Source: Scenedesmus sp. PABB004 (Eukaryota). Taken from it: 64,000 nt of DNA. Positions 23,780 to 35,988 of the stretch are shown here, piece after piece (the stretch's first letter is position 1; each line of letters begins with the position of its first letter). The DNA lies in NCBI GenBank assembly GCA_014905635.1, contig JABVCE010000026.1, forward strand, positions 248,001-312,000. Reading direction: 5' to 3'. The position numbers were made by a program, and so were the translations under genes. A model generated the notes under the pieces. The model saw only the letters and a program-made list of their open reading frames with translations. It ran no database searches and was not told where the DNA came from.

Positions 23780-24805
23780 ATGGCTGACGAGGTGGCGGGG
23801 CTGGCAGCGGCGGTGCTGGCCGACCGCGCGCCGCCGTGCAGCGCCGGTGCTCCCTGCAGGCTGCTCTCCGACGAGCCGGGGGCTGCCAGCGCTGCTTGTG
23901 GCGCCGACCGGCCCGGCGGCATCGTGCTGAGCCTGACGGCCAGCGCTGCGCCGGGCGACGCGGCCGCGCCGCCCGCGCCGGCCAGCCAGCCCGCGCCCGC
24001 CAGCCCGGCGCCGCCGGAGCAGGCCAGCCTCGCCGGCGCGGGCAGCGGCGCCTGGGACCCGCTGCAGGAGCAGCTCCGCGACATCGCTGCGACCGTCGCC
24101 CGCAGCAAGGCGGTCCGCGAGACGGCGACGAGCGCCGCCGAGCCGGCGGCGCCGCCGCGCGCGATCGCCTCTGGCGGCGCGGCCGGGCGCCCCGCGCCGT
24201 CGCCGGCCAGCAGCCGCCCCCGGCTGTGGGCGGCGGCGGTGGCGGCGGCCGACGCGCGCAACGCGCCGCGCGAGGCCGCGGCGGACGGCGAGGAGGAGCG
24301 CCCGCTGAGCATGGCGGAGCGCAAGGCGCTGTGTGAGCGCAGCGCGCGGGCGCGCCGGGCCGCCCGCCCGCCTGCACCGCAGGCTGCGCACGCTGCAGGA
24401 CCCCTGGGGCGGCCGTCGCTGACGCCGCCTCCGCCGCCGCCCGCCTCTGCAGATGTGAGCGCCGCGCGCAACACCGCGGTGTCGCCGCCGCGGCCGGAGC
24501 GCACGCCGGCGCCCGTCGCCAGCCCCGCCGGCGCAGAGGGCATGTCGGCACGCCGGTCCGCCTACCTCGCCGCCACTGGCAGCGGCGGCGGCGGCGCGCC
24601 GCCGATGCCGCGCCCGCCGCCCGGCCCGAGCCGCCCGCACCGGCCCTGGGCCGTGCCCACCAGCGACGGCGTGCACGTGCGCGGCGGCGCGCTGGACGGG
24701 CGGGCGGAGGAGGTCTCCGGCATTGCAGCCGCGCTGCTGGCGCGCCCGCGCAGCGGCCGCGACGCAGCCGAGGCGGCTGGCAGCGCTGACGGGGCCGCCG
24801 CCTGA
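23780..24805 (+). CDS. Hypothetical Ala/Pro-rich protein (341 aa, single exon) sharing a helical motif with the upstream gene
   Basis: ATG-started ORF with coding-like codon usage; motifs ADEVAGLAAAVL, WDPLQEQLRDIAATV, AEEVSGIAAALL; TGTAA at 24930. Confidence 0.65.
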   Translation: MADEVAGLAAAVLADRAPPCSAGAPCRLLSDEPGAASAACGADRPGGIVLSLTASAAPGDAAAPPAPASQPAPASPAPPEQASLAGAGSGAWDPLQEQLRDIAATVARSKAVRETATSAAEPAAPPRAIASGGAAGRPAPSPASSRPRLWAAAVAAADARNAPREAAADGEEERPLSMAERKALCERSARARRAARPPAPQAAHAAGPLGRPSLTPPPPPPASADVSAARNTAVSPPRPERTPAPVASPAGAEGMSARRSAYLAATGSGGGGAPPMPRPPPGPSRPHRPWAVPTSDGVHVRGGALDGRAEEVSGIAAALLARPRSGRDAAEAAGSADGAAA

Positions 24806-24929
24806 GGCGCCCGCAGCCGGCGCCGCCGGCGCACATGCACTGCCAATGCACGAGGGCGACGGGGGCGCGCTGGTGCCGCAGGTGGGGTCATGGTGGTCCG
24901 CGTCACGTTACGATGGGCCGGTCAACCGC

Positions 24930-24934
24930 TGTAA
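24930..24934 (+). terminator. TGTAA polyadenylation signal (green-algal type)
   Basis: About 125 nt after the stop at 24805. Confidence 0.5.
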
Positions 24935-24991
24935 GCTCTGCTAGCGACATGAGAAGGACCCGTCCGGACCCAAAAATCGCCCGATGCGCAG

Positions 24992-25513
24992 TCACGCGCC
25001 AAACGCCGCGGCTGGGCTGCCGCGCTGCTGCTGCTGCTCCTGCTCCTGCCCCCGCTCCTCCTCCTGCCCCGGCGGCGGCGCCCGCGCCGCAGCCGCCTCG
25101 CGCGCCGCCTGGCCGCCGCGCGCGCCGTTGCCGCCGCCGCCCGGCGCGGCGCCGGGCGCGCCGCCGGCGCCGCCGCGCGCCGCGCGCTCGCGCCGGTACG
25201 CCTGCACGAGCGGCTCCGCGCCGTCGAGGTCGACGTAGCGCCGCCCCGCCTCGTCCCAGACGAGCCAGGCCGTCATGAGGTGCCGCAGCAGCGCCGCGTT
25301 GAGCCGCGCGACCGTGAGGTAGCGCCCGAGCCGCGCGTCGAGGTGGCGCTGCGCGACCGGCGCGTTGTAGCTGGGCACGCTGAGCGAGAGGTGCGCGGGG
25401 AGGTGGTAGTTGGCGTGGTGCAGCACCACCGACAGCCAGCGCGGCAGCTCGAGCGTGACCGTGCCGTTGATCGCCGCCTGCGCGGCATCATACTCCAGGC
25501 CCTGCGCGCCGGA

Positions 25514-25565
<52 letters not shown>

Positions 25566-26650
25566 CGTGGGCGTGCGGGTGCCACCGGGCGCGCGGGCGC
25601 CGCCGGCGGGTGCGCGCGCTGCGCGTTTGTGTGCGCAGGCGCGCGCGCGCACCTGCGCCACCCAGGGGATGTGCGGGGCGGTGTGCTGGATGAGGCTGAG
25701 GGTGCTCAGCCAGCCGTGGAAGACGAGCCACGGCCCCAGCCACCAGCTGACCCAGCCGCCGAGACCGCCCGCCGCGATCATCGCCGGCCACACGACGCCC
25801 GCAAAGCCGAGCGGCAGCGCCCACGACGCCCACACCCACGGCCGCGCCGCGGCGGGGTGGAGCTTAAGGTCGAAGCCCTCCAGGCTGCGCGCCCACTGGC
25901 CGACCGAGGCAAAGAACTTGAGCGGCGTCGCGACTAGCAGCGCGAGCGCGGCGCGCCGCCACGGCGGCAGGTCGGCGAGGTCGGCCGGCAGCAGCGGGTG
26001 CCACGCGTCGGTGTCCTCGTCGAGCTGGTTGGTGCACCTGCACACGCGCGGGCGCGCGTGGGCGCGCGCACGCGTGGGTGCGCGCGGGCGCGGGCGCTGC
26101 GGCGGCCGCCGTCGACGGCAGCGCTGCCGGGCGCGGCGCGGCGCGGCGCGGTGCGGCGGCGCGGGGCGGTGCGGTGCGGCGCGGCTCACATCACATGGTT
26201 GATGTACTTGAGCCGCCAGACCTCGTAGCTGACCAGCGCGGGCGCCATGAGCAGCGCGCCGAGCGCGTCCTGCAGCGCGGGGCGGGACGGCCAGAACGCA
26301 AAGTGGCCGCAGTCGACGGCGGTCTGGAAGGCGCCAAAGTAGCCCGTCCCGATCACGCCCCACGCGAGCAGCGTCTGCCACCAGGGGCAGATGGAGTGCC
26401 AGTACCAGAGGTGCGCGTAGCCGGCGGCCATGAGCCCGAGCGAGAGCGCGAGCAGCCCCAGCGCCTTGCCCAGGTCGAGCGCGAACGCCGCCTCGGGCAG
26501 CGTCTCCGCGATCGCGCCGAGGCTCAGGCCCTCGGGCAGCGGGCGCCCCAGGCGCTCGTAGCCCCAGTCGGCCGCGAGCTGCGCGAGCGCGGGGTCGTCG
26601 AGGTCGTCGAGCCACGACGCCGCGCTGCGCGCGGGCGGCAGGTCCAGGCC

Positions 26651-26707
<57 letters not shown>

Positions 26708-27037
26708 CTCATGCTGCTGCTGCTCCAGCGGTGGCTGGCCGAGCTGCGCCGCCGCCGGCGGCTGCTGCTGGCCCTCCGCGGCGCCCGCGGCAGACGCTGC
26801 TGCCGCGCGCCCGCGCCGCGCGCCGCGCTGCTGCTGCCGCGCCGGCACCGGCGCCGCCGTCAGCAGCGGCTGCCGCGGGGCGGGCTGCGCCGGCCGCGCG
26901 CCCGCGCTGAGCCGGCCCGGCAGCGCCGCCGGCCGCCGCCGCTGCTGCTGCGCCGCGCTGCACGCGCCCAGCAAGCGCTGCGGGGCCGCCGCCTGCTGCT
27001 GCGCGGCCCGGCCGATAAGGCCCGCCGCCAGAGCCAT
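24992..27037 (-). CDS. Plastid omega-6 fatty acid desaturase (FAD6)-like protein with degenerate histidine boxes, 3 exons
   Basis: Transit peptide; LAADWGYERLGRPLPEGLSL, GTGYFGAFQTAVDCGHFAF, WRLKYINHVMCTNQLDEDTDAWHP, WWLGPWLVFHGWLSTLSLIQHTAPHIPW, AQAAINGTV...PRWL...HHANYHLPAHLSLSVPSYN. Confidence 0.88.
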
Positions 27038-27532
27038 GGCGCAGGGCGCGGGACGTGCCCGCGACGCGGCCGCGCCGAGCTGGAGCAGGAGGGATGGCCG
27101 CCGTGCGCTGCCGGCGCGGGCAGGGGCTCGATCAGCGTCTGCGCGACGCCCCAGAGCCACGCCCCGATCGGTGGCCGTGCGCAGCCGGCGTGCGAGGGGC
27201 GCCCGCGAACGCGGAGGCGGTGTTGCTCGAGTGCCGGCGGGCGCAGCGCGCGCATTCGTGGCTTTGGAGCGCTCGTCGCAGCGCGCAGCGTGCTGGCCGC
27301 GTCGAGCGGCTCTCGCGGTTCAAGCCGGCGCAGCGCCGCGCGCCGGCGCGCCGCAACCGCGGCGGCTGCGGCTTGCGGTGCCAGATCCGCTCGGGCGCGG
27401 CCCTGCGCCCCCTGTCTCTCTCTGATCAAGCGGAAGCCCCCCTGCCCCGCGCGCACACCAGTCGCCGCTGCTGCCGGGCGATCGCGAGCAGCGGCGCCGC
27501 CGTGGCCCGCGCCGCAGCGCAGCGGCGCCGCC

Positions 27533-29953
27533 ATGGCACTCCTCCACGCCCGCCGGCAGCCGGCGGCGACGCCTGCCCGCCCCGCCGCGCCGCGCGCCGC
27601 TCGCCCCGGCGCGCCGCCGCGGCGCGGCTGCAGCGGCCGCCGGCGTGGCAGCGCCGGGGCGCCGCCCGCAGCCACTGCCGGCACCGGCGATCAGCAGCCG
27701 CGCGCCGCCCCGCCGGCGGCGCGGCGGCGCGCGCTGCTCTCGGGCGTCGCGGGCCTCGCCGCCGCCGTGCAGCAGGGCGGCGCGCCGCCGGCGAGGGCGC
27801 TGCGCACGGTGCGGCGCGGCGGCGCGGCCGGCCGGGCGGGCCCGTCCCTCTCTCTCCCTCTCCCTCTCGCCCTCCCTCTCCCGCTCCCTCACGCGCCGCG
27901 CGCGGTGCGCAGATCGAGCTGCGTGACGGCAGCGCGGCGGAGGTGTATGAGCACGGCATGAGCCTCAGCATCGTGGCGCTGCGCGGCAGCCTGCCGGAGC
28001 AGTGGGTCGTCGAGTTCAGGCGCGCCGCGGCGCGGCGCGGGAGAGGGCGGCCGGGCGGGCCGCAGGCGCGGCGGTGCTGAGGCGCCAGCGGGCGCCCGCG
28101 GCGGCGGCGGCGGCGGGCGGCGGCGCGCGGCGAGGCCCCGCCGGCCGCCCACGCTGCCCCGGCGGCGCCCGCGCTGCAGGCAAGGTCTTGGCAAGTATGC
28201 TGGCTTTGAGCTGGGCCAGCGGGGGCAGCTGCAGGAACTGTTCGACGAGCTCGGAGACCCTGGAGCCAAGCGCAGCGCTGGTGCGCGCGCGCGGCCGGCG
28301 CCGGCGCGGCGGCGGCGCTGCGGCCGCGGCGGCACGCTGTGCTCAGCCCGCGCTGGCGCGCGCAGGCGTGGCAGACGTGGTGACGCTCGGCGACGGCTGG
28401 CTGGGCGCGGCGGTGCGGCGGCGCCTGATCCAGCCTATACCCTCGGCAGAGACGTATCGGTGCGGCGGGGCCGCGGCGCCGCGGCGGCGGCAGCGGGCGC
28501 AGCGCCCATGGCGCGGCAGCGCCCACGGCGCGGCGGCGCGACGCGCGCCCCCGCGCAGGTGGTGGCGCCGCCTGCCCAAGCGCTGGCAGCAGCTCATGCG
28601 CCGCGACGCCGACACGGGCGCGCTCAGCGACAGCGGGGACATCTGGGGCTGCCCCTATCGGTGAGGCGCCGGGCTGGGACGGGCGCCTGCTGCGCAGCGC
28701 CACGCTGCGTTGTGCTCTCCCGCGCGCCCGCCGCCCACCGCCGGGGCGGCGCCGCCGCGCAGGTGGGGCGCGCTGCTGGTCGCGGCCAAACGCGAGCAGC
28801 TCGCGCGCCGCGGCCGCCACGCGATCGTGACGTGGGCGGACCTGCTGCAGCCGGGGCTGCGCGGCCGCATCGCGCTGCCGGACAGCCCCCGTGAGTTTGT
28901 GGGCATCGCGCTGAAAACGCTCGGCCACCCCGCCATTGGTGCGCGCAGCGCAGCGAAGCGCCGCGCCGCGCCGCGGCGTGCGGGAGGCGCGCGGCGTGCG
29001 TGCTGGCCCCGCCCGCCGCCGCCCCGCACCATGCCGCCACGCCGCGCCGCGCGCCGCGCGCCGCGCGCCGCGCCAGGCTTCAACTCGACCGAGGCCGACC
29101 TCGCGGCGGCGGGCTTTGACCGCGACGCCGTGCGCGCGCGCGTGCGCGCGCTGCGCGGCCAGGCGCGCCTGTTCAGCTCGCAGGAGCACGTGCGCGCGCT
29201 GCTCGCGGGCGACGTGTGGGTCACGGTGGGGTCGAGCACCGACCTCGTGCCGCTCCGCGAGCGCACGCCGAGCGTGGACCTGGTCGCACCCGCCGACGGC
29301 ACCGGCCTCTGGGCGGACGTCTGGGTCGTGCCCGCCGGCGCGCAGCACGGTCACCTCCAGGCGGGGCCGAGCCCCATCCTGCCGTCGTGGCTGGAGTTTT
29401 GCGTCAGCCCCGCGCGCGCGGAGGTGCTGACGGGACTCAAGTGAGCGCTGCGCCGTGCCGCGCCGCGCCGCGCCCCGGGCGGGCGGCGGCCCCGACGCGC
29501 CCGCGCGCGACCCGCCCTGGCTCGCCCAGCCCCGACCCCGGCCCCGCCGCCGCCGCGCGCAGGAGCGGTGCGTCGCCCATCCTGCTGCCGGAGCTGCACG
29601 ACGAGTGGGAACGCGGCGCGGCGGCGCCCAGCAGCGGCGCGGTCAGGGCCGGCGGCGACGGCTGGCGCGCGCGGCTGCAGCGCCGGCTCACCGGCGGCGG
29701 CGGCGCCTCCGCCGTGGCGCGGCCGGCGGCCGACCCGGCCGCGCGCGAGGCGGCGGCGGCAGCGGCGGCCGCGGCGGCCGCGGCGGCGGGCCGCGCGCGC
29801 GCGTACGCGGCGGCGACGGCGCTGAGCGCGGAGGACCTGCGGCTGAGCCAGGCGGGCGCGTTCATGCCGCCGCCGGGCGTGCTGGAGCTCAGCGAGTTCA
29901 CGCAGCCGCTCGACGCCGCGACGCTGGACTTTTACCGGTGGCTGCTGAGCTGA
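27533..29953 (+). CDS. Plastid PotD/PotF-like polyamine-binding-fold protein (ENF2-like), about 8 exons
   Basis: Transit peptide with RR motif; SIVALRGSLPEQWVVEF, ADVVTLGDGWLGAAV...LIQPI, DIWGCPYRWGALLV, WADLLQPGLRGRIALPDSPREFVGIALKTLG, GDVWVTVGSSTD, GTGLWADVWVVP, GPSPILPSWLEFC, SEFTQPL. Confidence 0.85.
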
Positions 29954-30050
29954 GCCGAGCTGAGCCGAGCCGAGGCATGTGACAACGGCACAGAACCGCT
30001 GCGCCGCAGCCGCCGCGGCAGCGCCCGCCCCCGGGCCCGTGCTCAGCCGC

Positions 30051-31527
30051 TCATCCGGCGCGCACGCCGCGGCCGGCGGCGTTGCCATACACGATCAGGT
30101 TGGGCACCACCTCGCGCACCAGGTCGGCCGGCAGCGCAAAGTTGACGCCCGAGCCGCGGCCCTGCGCCCGGGCGCCGCCGCCGGACGCGGCGTGAGCGAC
30201 GGCACGCGGCGCGGCGGCTGCGCGGCCGGCGGGCGCACCGAGCCGGCGCGCGTGAAGCTTGCGGTGTTGACGCCCACGAGGCGCGCGAACGAGTCGAGCA
30301 GCGGGCCGCCCGAGTTGCCGGCGTTGACCGCCGCGTCCGTCTGCGGCCGCGCGCGCGGCGCCGCGCGGCGGCCTCGCGCCCGCGCAGCGCCCCGCCGCAG
30401 CCGCGGGCAGGCGCCCCGGCTCCCCTGCCAGGCGGCGCCTGCCGCGCCGCGCCGCCCGGTCACCTGAATCGCCCCGTAGATCCGCTGCCCCGTGGGGGAG
30501 GGGATGGTGCGCCCCAGCCCGCTGACGACGCCCGCCGTCAGCGTCTTGGCCAGCCCCGCCGGGTTGCCAACGGCGTAAACGCTCTGCCCGACCTTGAGGT
30601 CGGCCGAGGTGCCCATGCGAATGGGCACGAGCGCGTCGCGCGGCGCGTCAATCTGCGGCGCGGCGCGAGGTCGGCGCTCCGCCCCCGTGCGGGGCGAGCC
30701 CACGCGGCGCGCCGCCGCGCCGCCGCCGCGCCGCCGCCGCGGCGCGCTCTGCCCGCGCCTTGAGCACCGCCAGGTCGTGCGCCGCGTCCGACCCCACCAC
30801 GGCGGCCGCGTACGACGCGCTGCCGCCGGCGCCGTCGTCCAGCACCACGCGCACCTCCTGCGCCGAGCGCCCGGTGCCGGGTGGCCTGGGGGGCGCCGCG
30901 TCCGCGTGCGGCGGCACGAGCCGCGCCGCGCGCCGAGGCGGCGTCGAGCACGCCCGGCCGGGCGCGCGCCCGTTCTGCCCACCTGCTTGCCCGACTTGTC
31001 CAGCACAAACTGCGACACCACGTGATAGTTGGTGACCACTGTGGCCCATGGAGGCGGCGGCGATGGGGCGGCCAGGGCGGCGTCGGCGAGGGCAGCGGCA
31101 GCGGCGGCGGCGGCGGGGTCGGCGCGCGCCGCACCGTGCCCGGCGGCGTCCCAGAGGAACCCCGTGCCCACGCCCTCCATCACGCGCCCGCTGCCCTGCG
31201 TGACGTAGTCGTTGACCGACACCACGCTGCGCGCGGCCAGCGCAAACACGCCCTGCGCCGCCGGCGGCGGGCGGCGCGCGTCGGCGCCGCAGTCGCGCCG
31301 CAGCGTCGCCGCAGTCGCGCCGCGGTCGCGCCGCGGCGCGGGGTCCTCCCCGCGGGCGCCGCCGCGCCTGCGCGACGGTCTCGTCGACGAGGTACGCCGC
31401 GGCCCGCGGCGCCGCCGCGCCGCCGCCGAGCGCGGCCGCCGCCGCCGCGCCCGCCGCCGCGGCGAGGCTGCCCAGCAGCGGGCGGCGGCCGCTGCCAGCC
31501 GGTGCCTGCCGCTCTTTTCGCCGCCGC

Positions 31528-31591
<64 letters not shown>

Positions 31592-31739
31592 GAGGCTGCT
31601 GCTCCTGCTCCACCAGCTCCCGCTCAGGCGGGCGAAGGGCTGCTGGGCAGCAACGCCGGCGCGGCGCTCGACCGGCGCAGCGCGAGCCCGCGCGGCCGCC
31701 GACGACGGCGCGGCCGCGCGCGGCGGGCGGCAGCATCAT
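30051..31739 (-). CDS. DEG5: Deg/HtrA serine protease without PDZ domain, thylakoid-lumen type (Deg5-like)
   Basis: Bipartite twin-Arg signal (GRRPLLGSLAAA...AAA); EGVGTGFLWDAAGHVVTNYHVV (His), AHDLAVLK (Asp), IQTDAAVNAGNSGGPLLDS (Ser), GSGVNFALPADLVREVVPNLIVYG then a short tail to stop. Confidence 0.88.
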
Positions 31740-32018
31740 GCTGAACGCGTGCCGTGGGGAGGCCGGGCGGCGTGGGTTTGTGCGCACCGGCGGCGGCGCC
31801 ACGGCGTGCGAGCAGTGCCACAGCCCTTTTCTTGCGCCGCCGCCGGTTAGGAGCTCGCCAGCCGCGCTCCTCACGGCTCCACACCTCCGCGCCCTTCACG
31901 CGCCCGGCCACGCCGCCGATCCCGCCTGGCTCGCAACGGCGCGCCGCGTGCCCGCCGCTGCCGCACGCTGCCACGCCTCCCGGGCTGACCTCCCCGGGGC
32001 CAGCAGCAGCCCAGCAGC

Positions 32019-32866
32019 ATGCAGGCAGCCCTCCGCACGCGCCCGGCCGGTCCAGGCCACGCGCGGGGCAGCGCCCGCGCCGCCGCGCCGCCGCTGCTGC
32101 CCGCCGCGGCGCGCCGCGGGCCGCGGCGCGTCCGCGCCGCGGGCGCGGGCGCGGCGGGCGTGCCGGCGCCGGCGCCGGAGCCGGAGCAGCAGCGCCCAGC
32201 GGGGGTGCTGCAGCGCGTGAAGCGCTTCTTCCTGGGCGACGGCCTCGACAAGGAGCGGCTCAAGGCCCTGGGCATGGGCGCGTTTGCGAGCTACGGCTTC
32301 ATCTCCAACCTCAAGTGAGCCGAGCTCACGAGCGCCGAGCGCCGAGCGCCGCGCGCCGCGCGCCGCGCGCCGCGCGCCGCCGCAGCTGAGCGCGCCCGTC
32401 GCGCCCGCCGCGCCCGCCGCGCAAGCTACGGGACTGCCCTCGGGGTCGCGTGGCTCGCGTTTGTCAAGCAGTACGGCGTCGCCCCGACCGCGCCGGGGCA
32501 GTGGAAGGTCTTCCTGGCCTTCTACGCGGGTGAGCCATGCGGGAGGGCCGGGGGGGGGCGTGGGGCTCGCGCTGGGAGGCGGGCGCTGGTGGGCGCTCGC
32601 GGCCACGCCACGCCGCGCGCCCGCCGCCGCCCGCCGCAGGATTGTGGGCCGTACAGAACTTTGCGCGCCCGCTGCGGCTGAGCCTCGCGCTCGCGCTCGC
32701 GCCGGCGTTTGACAAGGCGATCACGCGCCTGGGCGAGGCGCTCCGGCTGGAGAAGCGCTGGGCGTTTGGCGTGTTCCTGGCGTGCATGGCCGTGCTCACC
32801 TCGGCCACGCTCTTTGGCACCCTCTACGCCCTGGGAGGCTTCCCGCCCACCCCAGCAGCACCCTGA
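32019..32866 (+). CDS. Hypothetical chloroplast membrane protein, 3 exons
   Basis: Transit peptide; LDKERLKALGMGAFASYGFISNLNYGTALGVAWLAF...GQWKVFLAFYAGLWAVQNFARPLRLSLALALAPAFD; several hydrophobic helices. Confidence 0.8.
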
Positions 32867-33612
32867 GCAGCCTGGGGCGGCGCCGCTGACCAGTCACGAC
32901 CGACGGGGGCACCGCCAGCGGCGCAGCGCGTTCACCCGGCGGCCCCGCTTCGCATGACCAGGGAGGGTTAGGTTAACGCAAGCCCGCTCCCAACGATCCA
33001 GGCCGCGCGCCGCCGGCTGGATGCTGGGCAGCCGTCGGCGCAGGGCCGGCGCACGCCGGCAACGGCGCGCCGCGTGGCAGGCGCCGCGAGACACCCCACG
33101 CCAGCAGGCCCGAGGGCCGTGAGGTTCCGTGCGGCGCACAGCGTGCGTAGGTGGTCGCGGCTTCAGTCTAGTCCAGTCTTCAGGCGAATGCCTGCAGCCA
33201 AATGCAAGCCCCGCACCCCGCCGCGTGTGCACTGACCAGGCAGGCCCCCGAGCGAGCTGGGACGCGCCACCGCATCCCGAAGCATTAGTCCCATCCGTTC
33301 CCCTTTCGCCAGCGCCGCCGCACACGCGCCCGCCCAACGCCGGCCGGCAGGCCGAGCACGCGTCCGCTTGGAGTGCAAGGCGGTCTGAACCCATGTTTGA
33401 AATTCACTCGCGAGGGCGGGCGCCGACGATCCACGGGCAGACCCCAGGCCCCCGCATGGGCTGTGCGTCCAGCAGTGCCCGTACCGTCCGCCGCCAAGGC
33501 CTAGGCCACACCACACGGGGCATGCGTTGCAAATACTCAGTGCCGCGCCCGCAGCCGCGCTTGCCGGCGCCGGCCCCGCCCCGCGCTCCTCCCCGTCCCG
33601 CGCCCGCGGGGC

Positions 33613-34379
33613 TCACGGCACGAGGGCGGCGCGCTTCGGGCTCGGCTGCGGCGCCGCCACCGCCGCGGCCTGCTGGTCCTTGGTCGCAGACTCCAGCAGC
33701 GCCAGCAGCGGCGGCGGCAGCTCCGCCGTCGAGAGCGGCTTGGCCACGACGGCCGCCGGCGCGGCTGCCTCGCCGGCGCGGCGGCGCCGTGCGGCCGCGC
33801 ACCGGCCGCACGCGGCCAGCACGAGCGAGCGCAGCCAGCCCACGAGGAACCTGCGGCGGCGGGGCGGCGGGGCCGCGCGCGCGTCAGGCCGCGGCGCGGC
33901 GCCCGTGCGCGCCCGCCCGCGCCCCGCGCGCCGCGCGCCGCGCGCCGCCTCACATCGCGGCAAACGCGAGCACGAGCAGCAGCGGCAGCGCGGCGTAGAA
34001 GACCGGCGCCGAGGGGCGGGCCCAGTCGAGCGCGCGGTACACCCACGCGCCGGTGAGGGCGGCGTGGGCCCAGAGGAAGACCAGGTAGGCGCTGCCGTAC
34101 GCGATGACCACCTGGCGGGGACGGCGAGGGAGGGAGGGAGGGTTGAGGACGGCGCGCGGCGGCGGGACGGGATGTGGTAGCGGCGGCAGCGGCGGCGCAC
34201 GGCGGCGCGCGGCGGCGGCGCGCCTGGATGTGGTAGCTGATGAGCGGCGTGCCGCTTATTGCAAAGTCGAGCAGCAGCAGCCCCGCAGAGCCGCCGTGCT
34301 TCAGCGGGTTGTCGACGCGGATGGGCGAGCCGCGCACGTACTCAGCGACCCTGGCGGCGCGGCGCGGCGCGGCAGCAGA

Positions 34380-34450
<71 letters not shown>

Positions 34451-35488
34451 TGTATGTGCGTGCGGAGGGGAAGGCCGAGGGAGCGGGGGCGCGTCGCGTC
34501 GCGTCGCCGCGCGGCCACGCACCAGTAAAAGATGGTCAGCATGATGCTCGCCGCGCACGCCGTCTCCAGGCACAGGTGGTACAGCCGGTCCTGCACCGCC
34601 CAGCCGCCGGTGGCGGCCGCGCCGCCGCCGCTGCCGGCGCCCGGCCGGCAGCAGCCGCCGCCGCCGGCGGCGCCGTCGGGCGCGGCGTGCGGGGCCGAGG
34701 CGATGACGTCGGTCGGCAGCGTCGGCCGCCGCTGGCGCCGCCAGTCCTGCGGGCGGCGGCGGCGGCAGCGCGCGTGCGCGCGTGGGCGGGTCGCCGCGCC
34801 GCCGCTGCGCGCACCGCCGCAGCGGCCGCCGCCGCCGGCGCCGCGCGCTGCGCTCGGCCGGGTGGGCTCACCGCGCCGGTGAGCACGACGCCCGCGAGCG
34901 CGGTCGCGCCAAAGAGCACAAAGGTCCAGTTGGTGAAGTACAGGAAAAACTCCGGCCCCGCCTCGCCGTAGGCCAGCGTCTGCGACCACCCGGGCGGCGC
35001 GGGGTGTGGGGCCGTGCGCGGGGCGGCGGCCAGCGCGCAGCGCGTGCCCTCCGCGGCCCGCCCGCCGCCGCGGCCCGCAGCGCCGCCGCGGCCCGCGGCG
35101 CCGCCGGCCGGGGCGCGCGCGGGCGCACCCCGTATGTGAGGGTGAAGGTGAAGAGCGCCAGCTCCGCCAGCCGCACCAGCAGCACGACCGGCGTGCCGAG
35201 GAGGCCCGTGAACTGCGGCGGCCGGCGGCGCGCGGGCGCGTGAGGCTTGCGCGGCGCCCGGCGTGCAGAGCGCGCGCGGCGACCGCCGGGGCGCACCAGG
35301 CCGCGCGCGTCGGCGAGCTCCCAGGCCAGCCACGACGTCGGGCGCTGCTCGCGCTTCACGCCCGCGCGCCGCGGCAGGACGGCGAGCGCCCAGCCCTTGC
35401 GGATGAGCGTGTAGGCGGCGGCGTTGAACGCGGCAATGATGAGCACGCACACCGCCACCGTCCAGTCCTGCCCGCCGCCCGCCGGCAT
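33613..35488 (-). CDS. Multi-pass membrane protein, rolling-stone / FAR-17a-AIG1-like
   Basis: FFLYFTNWTF, SIMLTIFYW, NPLKHGGSAGLLLLDFAIS, AYLVFLW...GAWVYRALDW; about 7 transmembrane segments over about 7 exons. Confidence 0.75.
34380..34452. repeat. (GCGT)n microsatellite in an intron
   Basis: About 18 perfect tetranucleotide units. Confidence 0.95.
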
Positions 35489-35919
35489 CGCTCTCTCGCT
35501 CGCTTCGCCGCGGCGCGCCGCGGCGCGGCGGCAATGCCGCCGCGCGCCGCTCCGCCGCCGCCGCCGCCGCCCGCCGGGGCTCAGCTGCTCCGCCGCGCCG
35601 CGCCCGCCATGGCCGTCGCGCAGGGAGACGGCGCCTGCGGCGAGCTGAGCGTGCCGCGCTGCGCAGCAGCAGCAGCAGCAGCTGGCGAGGGAGCTCGAGC
35701 TGGCTGGCTGGAGGGCGGGCTGGCTGCGATGCGAGTGCGGTCGGGGAGCGAAGTGGAGCTCACGGCGAGCGCGGGGGAGCTCGGGGCGAGCAGCACGGCC
35801 CAAGCGGTTTTTTTGCATTGTTCGACCCTCTTTTTTCTGCTCGAGCTTTGATTCAGAGCTTCAGAGGCTCTAAAGGCTCGCCCCTCGCTCGCGGACGCGT
35901 TCCCGCGCTCAGCCCGCAC

Positions 35920-35953
35920 TCAGCCGGCAGTCGCTTCCGCCTCGGCCTGCTCT

Positions 35954-35988
<35 letters not shown>

